From contig JAQGDQ010000360.1 of assembly GCA_030141605.1 (NCBI GenBank), positions 62,001 to 126,000 of the forward strand: a DNA stretch of 64,000 nt, in the 5' to 3' direction. Both the position numbers and the translations under genes were made by a program. The notes beneath the pieces are model-generated. The model made no database searches. It saw only the letters and a list, made by a program, of their open reading frames with translations, and was not told the DNA's origin. Positions 62,705 through 64,000 of the stretch are shown piece after piece (the first letter of the stretch is position 1; each line of letters starts with the position of its first letter). Origin of the DNA: Tubiluchus corallicola (taxonomy: Eukaryota > Animalia > Priapulida).

Positions 62705-64000
62705 GTAAGTTAGCTATAATTTTGTAACAACCTTTTTTCACTCTCAAAAAATGCAGCAACCGGAGTACTTGCGCATATGCAGGTTATGACATAGTACTAA
62801 ATTATTCATAAACATTGATATAGACATAGACATCTTTATTGGTGATATATAGTACACATGAGATATATGAAATTTGTTGTTTCAACTTTGCTCAGATTAG
62901 GGAAAAGCAATTAAAGCAACAAATTTTCAACTATAAAATAAATTCAACTTTACATACAAATAATCTATATACAATAAATAATACATAAAATAAATGTAAA
63001 TGGCACAATTTGATTTAAGCTTAAAAAAATTAAAAATTGTTTAGAGTTTTAGCTACCATTGAATGTTTTGATTGAAATGGCTGCTTTCACAACTTAGAAT
63101 TTAAAGTGAAAATTTTTGAAAGGGTAAAGTTAATCTTATTTTGTGTGAGAGAAACTTAAATTCTTCATGTAGAGGATGAAAGTACCAGCCATAATTTTCT
63201 TTAGCATCTTCAGCAAGATTTTATTACACAGGACAGTATCATAAATTATCAGATGTTATTTATTCCTACCAACGAGCTTACTACATTTTCGTACTCTTCC
63301 ATTTTTCTAATACAATAAAAATATACATTTCAATACAATTAATACTGCAAAACCCACTTCTGATAATTAAATAATAGATTAAATACTTAATTAATAGGGA
63401 CGAGCTCAACTATTGATGATATCAAAAACTAACATAATTTTCAGCAGCAAAAATATTCCGTGAGTGTGCTTGCACGTGTTTGCGAAAACAAAAATTGAAG
63501 TACAGTGCTACTGTAAGATATTCAGTGTGTTGTACTGAAAATAGGCAAGTTTTAAGATAAAAATTCAAATCAGATTTACCGCTGTGCTCACACACTAACT
63601 GTCGTTCATGTGTATTTCTTCGCTAACTAATACATCTGAACTGAGATGTACACCACCTGTTGTACAACACTTTCTAAAACGCAGACGTTAGTGCCTGTCT
63701 AACTAGCAAATAGCGAAATGCATTTAACAGCAAAGAACTAGTGGCGCGAGCGTGAAATTGTGTTTGTGTGGTAATAATTCTTTCACGCAAGTCATTTTTG
63801 AAAAAAATGGTATGTTTCCTTTCAATATTTTAAAGAGTAGATTGTTTTGACTTACAGTTTAAGATTGGGTCCGATTTTGCTTCAAGAATTATAAAATTAG
63901 TTTCAATAAAAAGAGGGCTTTAATTACAACAACAACAACAACTAGTCTCTCAGTGTGTTGGGTTTATTTTACTTTATCACTTAAACTTAGAATAATATTG

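Larger units (their letters stand above)
61830..64000 (+). repeat. Segmental duplicate of 31380-33300 (with 49770-50110 duplicating 30888-31200)
   Basis: Long collinear similarity including unique sequence, exon 1 and intronic TE remnants. Confidence 0.9.

Overview
Eukaryotic, AT-rich, microsatellite- and transposon-rich animal DNA (most likely an invertebrate; species not determinable from the sequence). The main feature is a 14-exon gene on the + strand (31761-47940, 571 aa by my manual splicing, all intron phases consistent) that is clearly a TTLL4-type tubulin-glutamylase (ATP-grasp) homologue. It differs from the normal cytosolic enzyme in two ways: it begins with a hydrophobic signal-peptide exon, and its donor-amino-acid motifs are remodelled (KFHLR, HVTNEH, EVNEFPD). 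The gene is tandemly duplicated: a second signal-peptide exon lies at 62638-62704 and that copy runs off the window. There is also a diverged duplicate of the last exon at 49194. Upstream on the - strand are a two-exon secreted prokineticin/MIT-like peptide gene with 8 Cys, lacking exactly one disulfide pair, and another signal-peptide exon. Together these suggest (inference) a secretory-pathway peptide ligase beside candidate secreted substrates. Other features include a non-histone, signal-peptide gene cassette ending in a canonical histone 3' stem-loop, head-to-tail Helitrons, I/Jockey-group LINE pieces in (TC)n tracts, Kolobok/piggyBac/Tc1/hAT-type MITEs, a solo LTR and many mini/microsatellites. 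No database searches were run; family calls rest on recalled motifs.
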